Positions 9,311 to 19,491 of a stretch of 64,000 nucleotides of DNA are shown here, piece after piece. The first letter of the stretch is position 1, and each line of letters opens with the position of its first letter. Origin of the DNA: an uncultured Acidobacteriota bacterium (GTDB lineage Bacteria; Acidobacteriota; Terriglobia; Terriglobales; Acidobacteriaceae). The notes beneath the pieces were generated by a model. It had not been told where the DNA came from and did no database searches. It saw only the letters and a program-made list of their open reading frames with translations. The stretch covers positions 253,812 to 317,811 of the forward strand of contig CAWHLO010000003.1 of NCBI GenBank assembly GCA_963830225.1, written 5' to 3'. The translations under genes were made by a program, and so were the position numbers.

Positions 9311-11158
9311 ATGCGTCGCGTGCTTTTGGGCGTGTTACTTTTCTCGCCAGCTGTAGCCGTATCCGGTCATGCTCGAAAGCCTGTACAGTCCAACCAGCCC
9401 ATGGCAAGCGAAACGGGAGGCATCGCCTCCGCCGGCATCTTCGCTCCTGTTTACGATGCGCAGAGACGGCCTATCACCGCCGGCGGATTTGTCGACAAAG
9501 GCACTATTGTCTTCGAAGATGACACCGAAGCCGCGGGGCTCTCAGGATGGCGCCATGTGATGGGCACACCCCAGAAAAAGTACATCCTCGAAACGGACGG
9601 CTCAGGCGTTTGCCTACTGGATTACGACAACGACGGGTGGCTGGATATATTTCTGGTAAACGGCTCGACTTATGATGCGCTGGACGGCAAAGCCATCCCG
9701 CCACACGCCGCGCTCTTCCATAACAACCATGACGGCACTTTTACCAACGTCGCTAACTTTGCGGGTGTGACCAATGACCGATGGGGCTTCGGCTGCGCGG
9801 TGGGCGACTACAACAACGACGGCTGGCCCGATATTTTTGTAGCCAATTTCGGCAAGAACCGCCTCTTCCGAAACAACCACGATGGAACATTTACAGACGT
9901 CGCAGAAAAAGCAGGTGTTGCTCTTGGCAACTGGTCGGACGGTGCAACCTGGGGCGATTATGATGGTGACGGCCGCCTCGATCTCTTCGTATCCGGTTAT
10001 ATCCACTATGACTTAAACCATCAGCCCAGCGCCGAAGACGGAAGTGCATCGACCGCACATTGCCAGATGCGCGGCGTACCGGTGATGTGCGGTCCCCGCG
10101 GACTTCCCGGTGAGCCGGACCACCTGTTTCACAACAACGGTGACGGCACGTTCACTGACGTAAGCGTGCATGCCGGGGTCTCCGACCCCAACCACTTCTA
10201 TGGATTCACCGCGATCTTCGTTGATGTGAACAACGACGGCAAAGTCGATCTGCTTGTTGCCAACGACTCGGAGCGCAATTTTCTCTACATCAACAACGGG
10301 GATGGTACTTTCGACGACGAGAGTGTACTCTCCGGCTTTGCATACAACTTCGACGGCCGCGAGATCGCCTCCATGGGTCTGGCAGTGGGCGATTATTTGA
10401 ACGACGGCCGGGTCGACGTGCTGGATACCGATTTTTCAGACGACTTCAAGGCGCTCTATCGCAACGATGGCGATGCCAGCTTTACCGACGTTAGCCGCCA
10501 GTCGGGCATCGCCCAGATTGCTATTCCCTTTGTCGGCTGGGGCGACGGCCTCTTTGACTACGATAACGACGGCTGGAAAGACATTATGATGATCAACGGC
10601 CACGTCTATCCCCAGGTGAACGAGCACAATTGGGGGACGACCTACGCCGAGCGACCGCTGTTGTTTCACAACGACCACCACGGAAAGTTCGTATACGTCC
10701 CGCCTGTGAAGGGATCGGGGCTGGCCGTGCTCACTCCCGGACGTGGCGCCGCTTTTGGCGACCTTTTCAACAATGGCAAGATCGACGCTGTTATCAATCC
10801 CGTGGACGGGCCACCGGTTCTGTTGAAGAACGTCGACCCCGATCATCACCACTGGGTAGAGCTCAAGCTCATTGGGGGGCTTAAGAGTCCGCGCGACGCT
10901 GTCGGCGCCACGGTCTATCTGAATGCGGATGGAATGCGTCAACGGGAGGACATCATGAGCGGGGGAAGTTATATTTCATCGAACGATCAACGTGCGCATT
11001 TCGGGCTGGGCAATGCAACCGACGCCGGAACCGCCGAGATTCACTGGCCATCCGGCCGTGTGGAAAAGGTCAAGATCCCTGCCGTCGATCACATTTTCGC
11101 CATCACCGAAGGGAAAGGGATAACCGGTGTGTTTTGTGCCAAACCGCCGTGCTCTTGA
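9311..11158 (+). CDS. CRTAC1-family (FG-GAP repeats + ASPIC/UnbV) exported protein
   Basis: Six DxD/NxDG.xD repeats (DYDNDGWLD, DYNNDGWPD, DYDGDGRLD, DVNNDGKVD, DYLNDGRVD, DYDNDGWKD); C-terminal GGSYISSNDQRAHFGLG; signal peptide MRRVLLGVLL at 9311. Confidence 0.9.
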   Translation: MRRVLLGVLLFSPAVAVSGHARKPVQSNQPMASETGGIASAGIFAPVYDAQRRPITAGGFVDKGTIVFEDDTEAAGLSGWRHVMGTPQKKYILETDGSGVCLLDYDNDGWLDIFLVNGSTYDALDGKAIPPHAALFHNNHDGTFTNVANFAGVTNDRWGFGCAVGDYNNDGWPDIFVANFGKNRLFRNNHDGTFTDVAEKAGVALGNWSDGATWGDYDGDGRLDLFVSGYIHYDLNHQPSAEDGSASTAHCQMRGVPVMCGPRGLPGEPDHLFHNNGDGTFTDVSVHAGVSDPNHFYGFTAIFVDVNNDGKVDLLVANDSERNFLYINNGDGTFDDESVLSGFAYNFDGREIASMGLAVGDYLNDGRVDVLDTDFSDDFKALYRNDGDASFTDVSRQSGIAQIAIPFVGWGDGLFDYDNDGWKDIMMINGHVYPQVNEHNWGTTYAERPLLFHNDHHGKFVYVPPVKGSGLAVLTPGRGAAFGDLFNNGKIDAVINPVDGPPVLLKNVDPDHHHWVELKLIGGLKSPRDAVGATVYLNADGMRQREDIMSGGSYISSNDQRAHFGLGNATDAGTAEIHWPSGRVEKVKIPAVDHIFAITEGKGITGVFCAKPPCS

Positions 11159-11307
11159 GCTTCATGAGCAAACGGCAAGACGCTGGGTTCTGGAATGAAA
11201 ATCAGGCACATCTCGCCGTTGGGAGTAGTGGAGTCATACTTATGGAACCGGAAAAGGACCTCGACGTTGATGGCGCGGGTATAAGATCACGCTGGAGCCC
11301 ATCGCAG

Positions 11308-12795
11308 ATGTTTCCACTCAAATTAATTACGGTAATAGCTTTGGCATGGACGCTCTCGGCCCATGCACAGGACATCGGGATTTCCATTTCTTCCATTGAG
11401 TCGCAAATCCGTTCGCAACAGTACGATCAAGCTGGGAGGGCGCTGAAGACTGCCCTGCGTCAAAATCCAGGCGATCACAGGCTCTGGACGCTGGAAGGTA
11501 TTTGCTTTGCATTGCAGGGAAACGACGCCGGAGCGCTCACAGCATTTAATCATGCGATTCGCATCTCGCCTGATTACGTTCCTGCTCTAAAGGGTGAAGT
11601 GCAAATCCTCTACAAGACCGGAGACGCGCGCGCGATTCCCCTATTGAAGAGAATGCTGAAATCCGATCCGGGCGACACAACCGGACACGAAATGCTCGCC
11701 GGGCTCGAAGCGCATGCCGGTGACTGTCACGCTGCGGTGACGCAATTCGATCTCAGCAAAGATGCGATCGCTAAACATCCGGCCTCGTTGGAAGCCTATG
11801 GCGATTGCCTGTTCAAACTGGGCCGGACTGCCGATGCAATTCCCGTTTTCCGCCAGCTCGTTCCGCTTCTTCCCGGCCGCACTTATCCAAGCTACGATCT
11901 GGCGGTCTTACTCGTCGCCACGCACAAAGATGCGGAGGCCATCAAGGTTCTTGAACCCTTTCTAACTCCCGATCAAACCGACGCCGATCTTCTCAGTCTG
12001 GCGTCACAAGCCTATGAGGCCACAGGCAGCACACCGAAAGCAGTAGCGCTGCAACGTCAGGCCATCGTTGCCGATCCCACGGATGCCTCAAATTACGTTT
12101 CGTTTGCCGTCCTCTGCCTGAGGCACGATTCCTTCAAGGTGGGAATTGCTATGCTCAATGCCGGGCTCAAACGCATTCCCGACAACTCTTCGCTTTATGT
12201 CTCGCGCGGAGTGCTCAACGTACAGCTGGGCGAGTTCGACAAAGCAGAAGCTGATTTCAAAATGGCGGAAAAACTTGATTCCGCACACACCATTGCTGCC
12301 TATGCCGGCGACCTCGCTACCCTTGAAAGAGACAATCCTAACCTTGCTCTCGCCCATGTCCGCGAGCAATTGAAATCTCACCCTCGCGATCCCCTCTTAC
12401 ATCTTCTGTTGGCCAAATTGATTATGACGAAAGGGCCCGATACGCAGAGCCGCGAATTCAAAGAGGCTATGCACCACACTTTGGTTGCTGTAGAGATCAA
12501 ACCGGATCTGGTCGGCGCCCACGATCAATTGGCTAGCATGTACATGAGCCTCGGTCAGTACGATCAGGCAATTAAAGAGTGTCAGACAGCTCTGAAGTAC
12601 GACCCGTCCAACGAAACGGCCTTGTATCACCTGATCATCTCTCTGCGTCACACCGGGCACAAAGATGATCTGCGGCCGATGGTTAAGCGTCTGGCTGAGT
12701 TGCACAAGGAATCCTTGCAGCGGGAAACGGACCGCAAGAAGTTCCGGCTCGTGGAGGTAGCCGCGCCAACGACACAATCCGGAGCAGCACATTGA
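11308..12795 (+). CDS. Exported tetratricopeptide-repeat protein
   Basis: Signal peptide MFPLKLITVIALAWTLSAHA (alternative start 11242); repeated TPR helices (A..AF..AI...PD). Confidence 0.85.
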   Translation: MFPLKLITVIALAWTLSAHAQDIGISISSIESQIRSQQYDQAGRALKTALRQNPGDHRLWTLEGICFALQGNDAGALTAFNHAIRISPDYVPALKGEVQILYKTGDARAIPLLKRMLKSDPGDTTGHEMLAGLEAHAGDCHAAVTQFDLSKDAIAKHPASLEAYGDCLFKLGRTADAIPVFRQLVPLLPGRTYPSYDLAVLLVATHKDAEAIKVLEPFLTPDQTDADLLSLASQAYEATGSTPKAVALQRQAIVADPTDASNYVSFAVLCLRHDSFKVGIAMLNAGLKRIPDNSSLYVSRGVLNVQLGEFDKAEADFKMAEKLDSAHTIAAYAGDLATLERDNPNLALAHVREQLKSHPRDPLLHLLLAKLIMTKGPDTQSREFKEAMHHTLVAVEIKPDLVGAHDQLASMYMSLGQYDQAIKECQTALKYDPSNETALYHLIISLRHTGHKDDLRPMVKRLAELHKESLQRETDRKKFRLVEVAAPTTQSGAAH

Positions 12796-13168
12796 TCCAG
12801 AACGCGCACCAGATTGGCTGCAACCTCCCTGCTCTGCGAGTGCGGAGTGTCTGGCGTAAACGGTATTTCACGTTCTTCGGAACCATGGCAGTGCAATCTC
12901 ACAGACCGGGCAGGATGACTGAAAGAACCTTGACACGAACATGAAATGCGGTCTAATTTGGTGGGCATCCAGAGGAGGTCCTCAAACGGCTTTATCCCCA
13001 ATAGTGGTGATCGGCACTACTCCAAGTAAACGATTCCACCGGTCACCAAATCAGTCAGTCTTTTATGAAGTAAACAGATAGCATTCAAGACTTCACTATT
13101 GATGAGCGGCGGAATTCATCCCTTACCACCTTCGTCGCAAGGTCTTTCAGCTGACGGTACAAGCGCAT

Positions 13169-14488
13169 ATGGCTTCAACCATCGGGCATCCCCAAGAGAT
13201 CGATAAAGCGGCCCAATCCGCTTCTGTTGGGCATCAGGAGGTGGCTCTTGTATTCGAGGAACTGGATCGAATTCTGGAAAGCCGGTTCTTCAAAAAAGCT
13301 GGGCGAAGCAGGCAGTTCCTGGACTATGTTGTTCGTCATAAATTGGAAGGCCACGCCGAACAGTTAAAGGAGCGGACGATAGGGACTGAGGTATTCCACA
13401 GAACTCCGGGGTATGCCACAGGCGACGATCCCGTCGTTCGAGTTCAGGCCGGAGAAGTGCGGCGACGATTGGAGCAATATTATCAGTCGCTCCCTTCCCC
13501 TCCTGCCGTTCGCATCGAACTCCAGCCCGGCTCGTACTCTCCCAATATTTGTTGGGCATCTGACGACCCTGTTTCCACACCTGGCGTGGCAGACCACCAT
13601 TCGTCACCAATTCCGTCTCGTAATTCTCCATTCCGCCTCGTTGCTGCAGTCGTGGTCGGGGCATGCGCCGCCCTGGCTTTCACATCCGCACTGAGCTACC
13701 TCCGCCATCGGACGAGTGAAAGCCAATCGACCGCGCAGGCAAAGTTTTGGGCTCCAGCATTCTCGACGTCACAGCCGGTTCTCATCTGCCTGGCCAAGGG
13801 CGTCACATACAGGCCGAGCCTGAAACTCTATCGGTTGTATGCGCGATCGCACCCTGGAGCATTTCAGACCGAGGTGGAACGTTCCAACAATCCGCTGCCG
13901 CTGAAAAGCGATCAGCCAATTGTCTGGGGCGACATGGAACTGTATGACGAATACGGAGTCGCCGTCGGTGATGTTTCCGCTGCGCTTGATATATCGGCCT
14001 TTCTGGGCCGACTCGACAAACCTCTTCAGGTAAGGATCGGGTCAGACTATTCTTTTGAGGATTTGCGAGAATCGCCAGCGGTAATGATTGGAGCATATAA
14101 CAATGCCTGGACTATGCAATTGATGTCTGGGCTTCATTTTGCGTTCGTTGACGATCCTCAACGGAATCTTTCGATTCGGGAGCAGGTTCCGGGAGGGAGA
14201 GTCTGGCGCGTAAAGACCGACAGTTCCGGTACCGTTGTGCGGGATTACGGGGTGGTTTCGCGGTTGCTTGAGCCCAGGACCGGACAGTTTACAGTGATAC
14301 TCGCCGGCCTCGGCACCAGAGGCACCGAGGCGGCCGCTGAGTTTGTCTCCAATAAGAACACACTGGATCAGGCACTCAGAAATATGCCGCGGAACTGGCA
14401 AACGAAAAACATGGAGATCGTGCTGGAAACGAATGTCATCCATTCCGTTCCATGCCCCCCGCACGTCGTCGCGGCCTACTATTGGTGA
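13169..14488 (+). CDS. Putative membrane-anchored one-component regulator, copy 2 (paralogue of 7914..9212)
   Basis: LKERTIGTEVFHRTPGYATGDDPVVRVQAGEVRRRL; TM segment LVAAVVVGACAALAF; IGAYNNAWT; AGLGTRGTEAAAEF. Confidence 0.65.
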   Translation: MASTIGHPQEIDKAAQSASVGHQEVALVFEELDRILESRFFKKAGRSRQFLDYVVRHKLEGHAEQLKERTIGTEVFHRTPGYATGDDPVVRVQAGEVRRRLEQYYQSLPSPPAVRIELQPGSYSPNICWASDDPVSTPGVADHHSSPIPSRNSPFRLVAAVVVGACAALAFTSALSYLRHRTSESQSTAQAKFWAPAFSTSQPVLICLAKGVTYRPSLKLYRLYARSHPGAFQTEVERSNNPLPLKSDQPIVWGDMELYDEYGVAVGDVSAALDISAFLGRLDKPLQVRIGSDYSFEDLRESPAVMIGAYNNAWTMQLMSGLHFAFVDDPQRNLSIREQVPGGRVWRVKTDSSGTVVRDYGVVSRLLEPRTGQFTVILAGLGTRGTEAAAEFVSNKNTLDQALRNMPRNWQTKNMEIVLETNVIHSVPCPPHVVAAYYW

Positions 14489-14859
14489 GTTGTCATCCCC
14501 TTTTGCTACTTTGCTCCGATTCCGATTGCACATATCAAAAATTTCCTGCAAAATTTCCGCTCCATCGAAATGCTCTTGGACAATTGCCCCACCTCCGATC
14601 GCCCGGCTCTACCTGGAGGCCATGCATTCACCTGCACAGTCAACTCGCCTATGTTGCAGCCGTATTGCCAATTGGCAGATCTCGTTCAGAACCCTTTACA
14701 TAGTGCGGAAGCGGCACAATAATGAATTCAAGTCAGAGAATATGCCATTATCCCTGGTCCGAATCTTTATGCAAGTCCTTGAGAGAATGAGCACGGACTA
14801 CTGCAAAGGCAGCCAGTACTTCTCTGTCGGGTCCCGTAATAAAGTAAGTGAGATTTCCG

Positions 14860-16650
14860 ATGGCTGACTCGATTGAGTGTCACGCGTTGCTCGAAGGCTT
14901 ATTTGACGCCAACCCCGATGTGGTCATCGTGACCGACTGGGAAGGCCGGATCCTCAAAGCAAATTCTCGAATTGAAAGTGTCTTCTGGTATACCGGCACC
15001 GAGTTGATCGGGCTGCCGATTGAAACTCTCATTCCAGAGCGATTTCGGTCCGCGCATCAGGGCAGCCGACAACGATATACCGCAGAACCGCACGATCGCC
15101 CAATGGGCACCCAGTTGAATCTTTGCGGGAGACGGAAAGATGGCATGGAGTTCCCCGTTGATGTGGCGTTAAGCCCGTTCGAAACGAAGGGAAGACGATA
15201 CGTTCTGTGCATGATCCGCGATATCACCGAACGAAAGAAAGCGGAAGAAGCTCAGCGGCGCGGTGAACAATTGCAGGCACTTTTCAGGCAGACATCCGAC
15301 GCTCTTCTCGTAGTCGACACGGAAGGGAAAATTCGGGAAGTAAATCCTCAACTCGAACGTTACTTCGGCTATTCGAGGGCCGAACTGATCGGGCATGCCG
15401 TAGAGATGTTGATCCCCGAAGCGCTTCGTGTGAATCACGAAGCACTCCGGAGGGATTACACAATGCGGCCGCATCCGTCTCCAATGGGATTTGGGAGGGA
15501 GATCCATGGTATCCGCAAGGACGGAAGTCTTTTCCCCGCCGATATCATGCTCACCCCGGTTGAAATTGCAGAAGGCCGGGCCGTGCTGTGCGTCGTCCGG
15601 GATATTTCAGAAAAGATCCGGCTTCAGGAGGAACTGGAACGAAACGAGCGGGAAAGACGCTATTTAGAGAAAGAATTCGACGCCGTCCCCGGCCTGGAGG
15701 GAATTATCGGGAAAAGCGAGGCGTTAAAGGAGGTCATGAGGAAAGTTGAGATCGTCGCGTCGACAGACGCGACCGTTCTCCTTCTGGGAGAAACCGGAAC
15801 CGGTAAGGACGTTATCGCCCGCGCCATTCACCAGCTGAGCCGTCGCAGCCAAAAGAGCCGGATCACTCTCAACTGCGCAGCCATTCCGGCGGGACTTTTG
15901 GAGAGCGAACTTTTCGGACACGAGAAAGGGGCATTCACAGGTGCCACCGAGCAGAAAGTAGGCCGGATCGAACTTGCTCATGGAGGAACACTGGTTCTCG
16001 ATGAAATCGGAGAACTCCCTTTGGAACTGCAGCCAAAACTTTTGCGCGTGTTGCAGGAGAAGATGTTTGAAAGAGTGGGAGGGAGACGCACGATTCCCGT
16101 CGACATCCGATTGATAGCAGCTACCAATCGGGATCTCGGGGAGATGGTCATCGATAAGGAGTTTCGGAGCGATCTCTACTACCGCCTGAACGTCTTCCCT
16201 ATCGTTCTGCCTCCTTTGCGCGAGCGCCGGGAAGATATCCCGATGCTGGTGGAGTACTTCGTCGAAAAGCATGCCAGAAATCTGGATCGGCGCATTGAAA
16301 GGATTCCAACGGAGGTGATGGAAGCACTGGCGCGCTGGGATTGGCCGGGAAATGTGCGCGAACTGGAGAACTTCATCGAGAGATCTGTCATCCTGACAAG
16401 AGGTCCGGAATTGTGGGCGCCTCTGGCGGAATTGACGCGCGCCGAACACACTGTTCCCGACGCACAGGATCCTCCCAATGGGAGTTCGACGCTTGAATCG
16501 ATGGAGCGTCAACATATTCTGTCCGTTCTGCGTGAAACCAGGGGAATCATCTCGGGGCCGCGCGGCGCCGCAGTCCGGCTGGGCATGAAGAGAACGTCAT
16601 TAAATTGGAAATTAAAGAAACTGGGAATTGAACGTAACGACTATATGTAG
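14860..16650 (+). CDS. Sigma54-interacting transcriptional activator with two PAS domains (PAS-PAS-AAA-Fis HTH)
   Basis: Two PAS repeats (LIPERFR..H; RKDG.FP.D/V.L.P); GETGTGKD; ESELFGHEKGAFTGA; LDEIGELP; WPGNVREL; HTH; no receiver domain. Confidence 0.93.
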   Translation: MADSIECHALLEGLFDANPDVVIVTDWEGRILKANSRIESVFWYTGTELIGLPIETLIPERFRSAHQGSRQRYTAEPHDRPMGTQLNLCGRRKDGMEFPVDVALSPFETKGRRYVLCMIRDITERKKAEEAQRRGEQLQALFRQTSDALLVVDTEGKIREVNPQLERYFGYSRAELIGHAVEMLIPEALRVNHEALRRDYTMRPHPSPMGFGREIHGIRKDGSLFPADIMLTPVEIAEGRAVLCVVRDISEKIRLQEELERNERERRYLEKEFDAVPGLEGIIGKSEALKEVMRKVEIVASTDATVLLLGETGTGKDVIARAIHQLSRRSQKSRITLNCAAIPAGLLESELFGHEKGAFTGATEQKVGRIELAHGGTLVLDEIGELPLELQPKLLRVLQEKMFERVGGRRTIPVDIRLIAATNRDLGEMVIDKEFRSDLYYRLNVFPIVLPPLRERREDIPMLVEYFVEKHARNLDRRIERIPTEVMEALARWDWPGNVRELENFIERSVILTRGPELWAPLAELTRAEHTVPDAQDPPNGSSTLESMERQHILSVLRETRGIISGPRGAAVRLGMKRTSLNWKLKKLGIERNDYM

Positions 16651-16875
16651 TCAGTTTTGACGGCATGCCGCCAACGCTTGCCATTACTGTTCCTGCCTGT
16701 AAGCACACTCGAAGCTCCGATCACAACGTAACTCCTATCTTCTGTACCCACCGAAATCGTCATCTCCCGTTCATGCACTTTGGTCTTCGGCATGCACTTC
16801 ATGGTTTCCACGGCTCGTCAGGGCCATGGCCTAAATGAAGCAACCGTCAGATTAGCTACAGACAGGGAGAGACTA

Positions 16876-19491
16876 ATGAAATTGAATGCCGGATTGAGCA
16901 ACAACCATGAGCAGGACGCCACCGCATCCTGCAGCATCGCTCCACCGGACTTTGCGCCCGCAGCGCACACTGCAAATGAAAAATTGAATAATTTTCTCGT
17001 GGCCACAACTTGCGGGCATCGAAGTGGCCACGCCGTTCGACTCCACATGGAGACTGGCTGGACTACGGTTTGCCTCGCTTGCTGGCGTTCCAATCGGCAC
17101 GCTTATCGTTCTCGGGAAAGCCGGCCTCGCACGTGGAAATCCGGAATCCGAAGCAGTCATCTCCCGCAACGGATGCCACAAACGGCAGAGCCATCCGCGC
17201 AGGCCAGCCCCGTAACAGATTTCAAGCGCTGCCTGGTGACAGGAGTTGCGGGATTCATTGGGTCGCATCTCGCAGAAAAGCTGTTGGCCGAAGGCCATGA
17301 AGTGATCGGCATCGACTGCCTCACCGACTATTACAGTTCCGAATTGAAGAACCAGAACCTCAGCGGATTCCTCTTTCATCCCCATTTTTGGTGGGTTCAT
17401 GAGGATCTCAATACGACCGATCTGGCGAAACTGCTGGAGGGTATCGATTGGGTGTTTCACCTTGCCGGGCAGCCAGGAGTGCGAGGGAGTTGGGGAACCG
17501 GCTTTGAACCCTACATCCGCAACAATATCGACGCCACGCAGCGGTTACTGGAAGCGGTGCGGACAAGCGATGTGAAGAAGTTCGTCTATGCGTCGTCTTC
17601 CTCCGTCTACGGACGTACTGCTCCGCCGATGTCCGAATCGAACAGAACTCAACCATATTCACCGTATGGCGTGACCAAACTAACCGCGGAAAACTTGTGC
17701 ATGCTGTATGCTCAGAACTTTGACCTGCCTATCACTGCGGTGCGCTATTTCACGGTGTTTGGACCCCGCCAGCGGCCCGACATGGCCTTTACGCGGTTCC
17801 TGCGCGACCTGCTTGAGAACCGCGAACTGCACATCTATGGCGACGGCAAGCAGACGCGCGACTTCACTTATGTAAGCGACGCCGTAGAGGGAACACTGCT
17901 TGCCGCGCGTCATGGTACTCCCGGCGAGGTGTACAACCTGGGAGGCGGATGCCCGGCAGCGTTAAGTGACGCGATCCGGGCAATGGAGTGCGCCACCGGC
18001 CATCCTGCACGCATGGTCTACACTCCCATGAAAAATGGAGACGTGGTGGACACCCTGGCCGACACTATGAAAGCCCGCGCCGACCTGGGCTACTTCCCCG
18101 CAGTGAGCCTGGAAGAAGGGATCAAGTTGCAGGCTCGCTGGGTTCGGGAGCAGATCGCCCACTCCACGATCGAGCCTCAAATCATGCTTCCAGCTCCGAG
18201 CGTTGAACGCCTCGGGATCGGAAGAGAAGAGTTAGACGATTCTCCAGACTTCCAGCCGCGCGTTCTTCTTTATTCGCATGACACCTTCGGTCTGGGCCAC
18301 CTGCGGAGAAATCTGGCGATTGCCGAGCACCTGCTTTCGCGGAATGATCCGCGTTTTTCCGTGATGCTGTTAACCGGCTCGCCGGTGGCATCATCCTGGC
18401 CGCTGCCCAAGGGACTGCAGGTGAAGGTTCTTCCGCCAGTGGTTAAGACCGGTGCGGAACAGTACGCCCCACGCGGTGGTTCGGAGACATTCGACGCAGT
18501 GAAGGCGAAGCGTGAAGAAGCAATTCTTAACGCAATTCGCGATTACCGCCCTGACATTTTCCTGGTGGACCACGCTCCGGCAGGCATGAAAGGCGAGTTG
18601 CTTCGCCCTCTGGCGTATATCCGCGAGGAAATGCCAGAGACACGCACCGTAATCGGTCTTCGGGACATTCTGGACAGTCCGCAAACTGTGCAACAGCTTT
18701 GGGAAGAACAAGGAATCTATCAGCTTCTCGATGAGTCTTACGACCAAGTGCTCGTTTACGGCAACCGCCGTCTTTTCGATCCCATCCGCGAATACAACTT
18801 CCCCAAAACGGTTGCCATGAAAACGGTGTTCTGCGGTTACATCGCTCGGCGTATCGGCGGCTTTGCAGCTTTCGGTCTCAACGATTGGCAAAAGCGACAC
18901 GACCGGTCCTTTGTTTTGGTCACGGCCGGCGGCGGTGGAGACGGATATGCGTTGATGGATGGCTATCTTCGCGCCCTGGAGAAAATCGGACCCAGCAGTG
19001 CGGAAAGCTTCCTTGTTCCCGGTCCGCTGATGGCCGCGGAGCAGAGGCAAGCCTTGGAATCCGCGGCGGCAAAACGGCCTGACGTAAGGATCATCCACAC
19101 CACGGAACTTGAATCCTTTATCTGGAGAGCGAATCTCATCGTTTCCATGAGCGGATACAACACTACGGCGGAGATTTTAGCGGCGAAGAAGCCCGCTATC
19201 CTGGTGCCGCGCGCGGCGCCGCGGGCTGAACAACGCCTGCGCGCAACGCTGCTGAGCGACTTGGGACTGGCCTCGTCCATCACGCCGGAAGAGGATATGG
19301 TTTCACGCCTGGCCGAACTCCTTCAGGCGGGACTTGCCGGTCAACTTACGCCACATTGCGATTGGAATGCAGTGGACCTGGGCGGTGTGCGTCACGTTGG
19401 AGAGGCGTTGAGTGGTCTCGTCGAAGAACGCATTCGCCGCCGGCCGTATGCCATTTCCAGATTCGAAGATGCAACTGGAGTTGTGGCATGA
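16876..19491 (+). CDS. Fusion: NAD-dependent sugar epimerase/dehydratase + GT-B glycosyltransferase (GT28-like), with Cys/His N-terminal extension
   Basis: LVTGVAGFIGSHL, YASSSSVYG, YGVTK, RYFTVFGPRQRPDMAF; then VLLYSHDTFGLGHLRRNLAIA, VLVTAGGGGDG, IVSMSGYNT, PRAEQRLRA. ATG 16876 has RBS AGGGAG; ATG 17173 is an alternative start without an RBS. Confidence 0.85.
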   Translation: MKLNAGLSNNHEQDATASCSIAPPDFAPAAHTANEKLNNFLVATTCGHRSGHAVRLHMETGWTTVCLACWRSNRHAYRSRESRPRTWKSGIRSSHLPQRMPQTAEPSAQASPVTDFKRCLVTGVAGFIGSHLAEKLLAEGHEVIGIDCLTDYYSSELKNQNLSGFLFHPHFWWVHEDLNTTDLAKLLEGIDWVFHLAGQPGVRGSWGTGFEPYIRNNIDATQRLLEAVRTSDVKKFVYASSSSVYGRTAPPMSESNRTQPYSPYGVTKLTAENLCMLYAQNFDLPITAVRYFTVFGPRQRPDMAFTRFLRDLLENRELHIYGDGKQTRDFTYVSDAVEGTLLAARHGTPGEVYNLGGGCPAALSDAIRAMECATGHPARMVYTPMKNGDVVDTLADTMKARADLGYFPAVSLEEGIKLQARWVREQIAHSTIEPQIMLPAPSVERLGIGREELDDSPDFQPRVLLYSHDTFGLGHLRRNLAIAEHLLSRNDPRFSVMLLTGSPVASSWPLPKGLQVKVLPPVVKTGAEQYAPRGGSETFDAVKAKREEAILNAIRDYRPDIFLVDHAPAGMKGELLRPLAYIREEMPETRTVIGLRDILDSPQTVQQLWEEQGIYQLLDESYDQVLVYGNRRLFDPIREYNFPKTVAMKTVFCGYIARRIGGFAAFGLNDWQKRHDRSFVLVTAGGGGDGYALMDGYLRALEKIGPSSAESFLVPGPLMAAEQRQALESAAAKRPDVRIIHTTELESFIWRANLIVSMSGYNTTAEILAAKKPAILVPRAAPRAEQRLRATLLSDLGLASSITPEEDMVSRLAELLQAGLAGQLTPHCDWNAVDLGGVRHVGEALSGLVEERIRRRPYAISRFEDATGVVA

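Noticed and set aside
13004-13057. GGTGATC...CGATTCCACC-GGTCACCA, resembling tRNA acceptor arms
   Set aside because: Only about 30 nt between the arms, with no D arm, anticodon arm or 5' T-stem; best read as a simple inverted repeat
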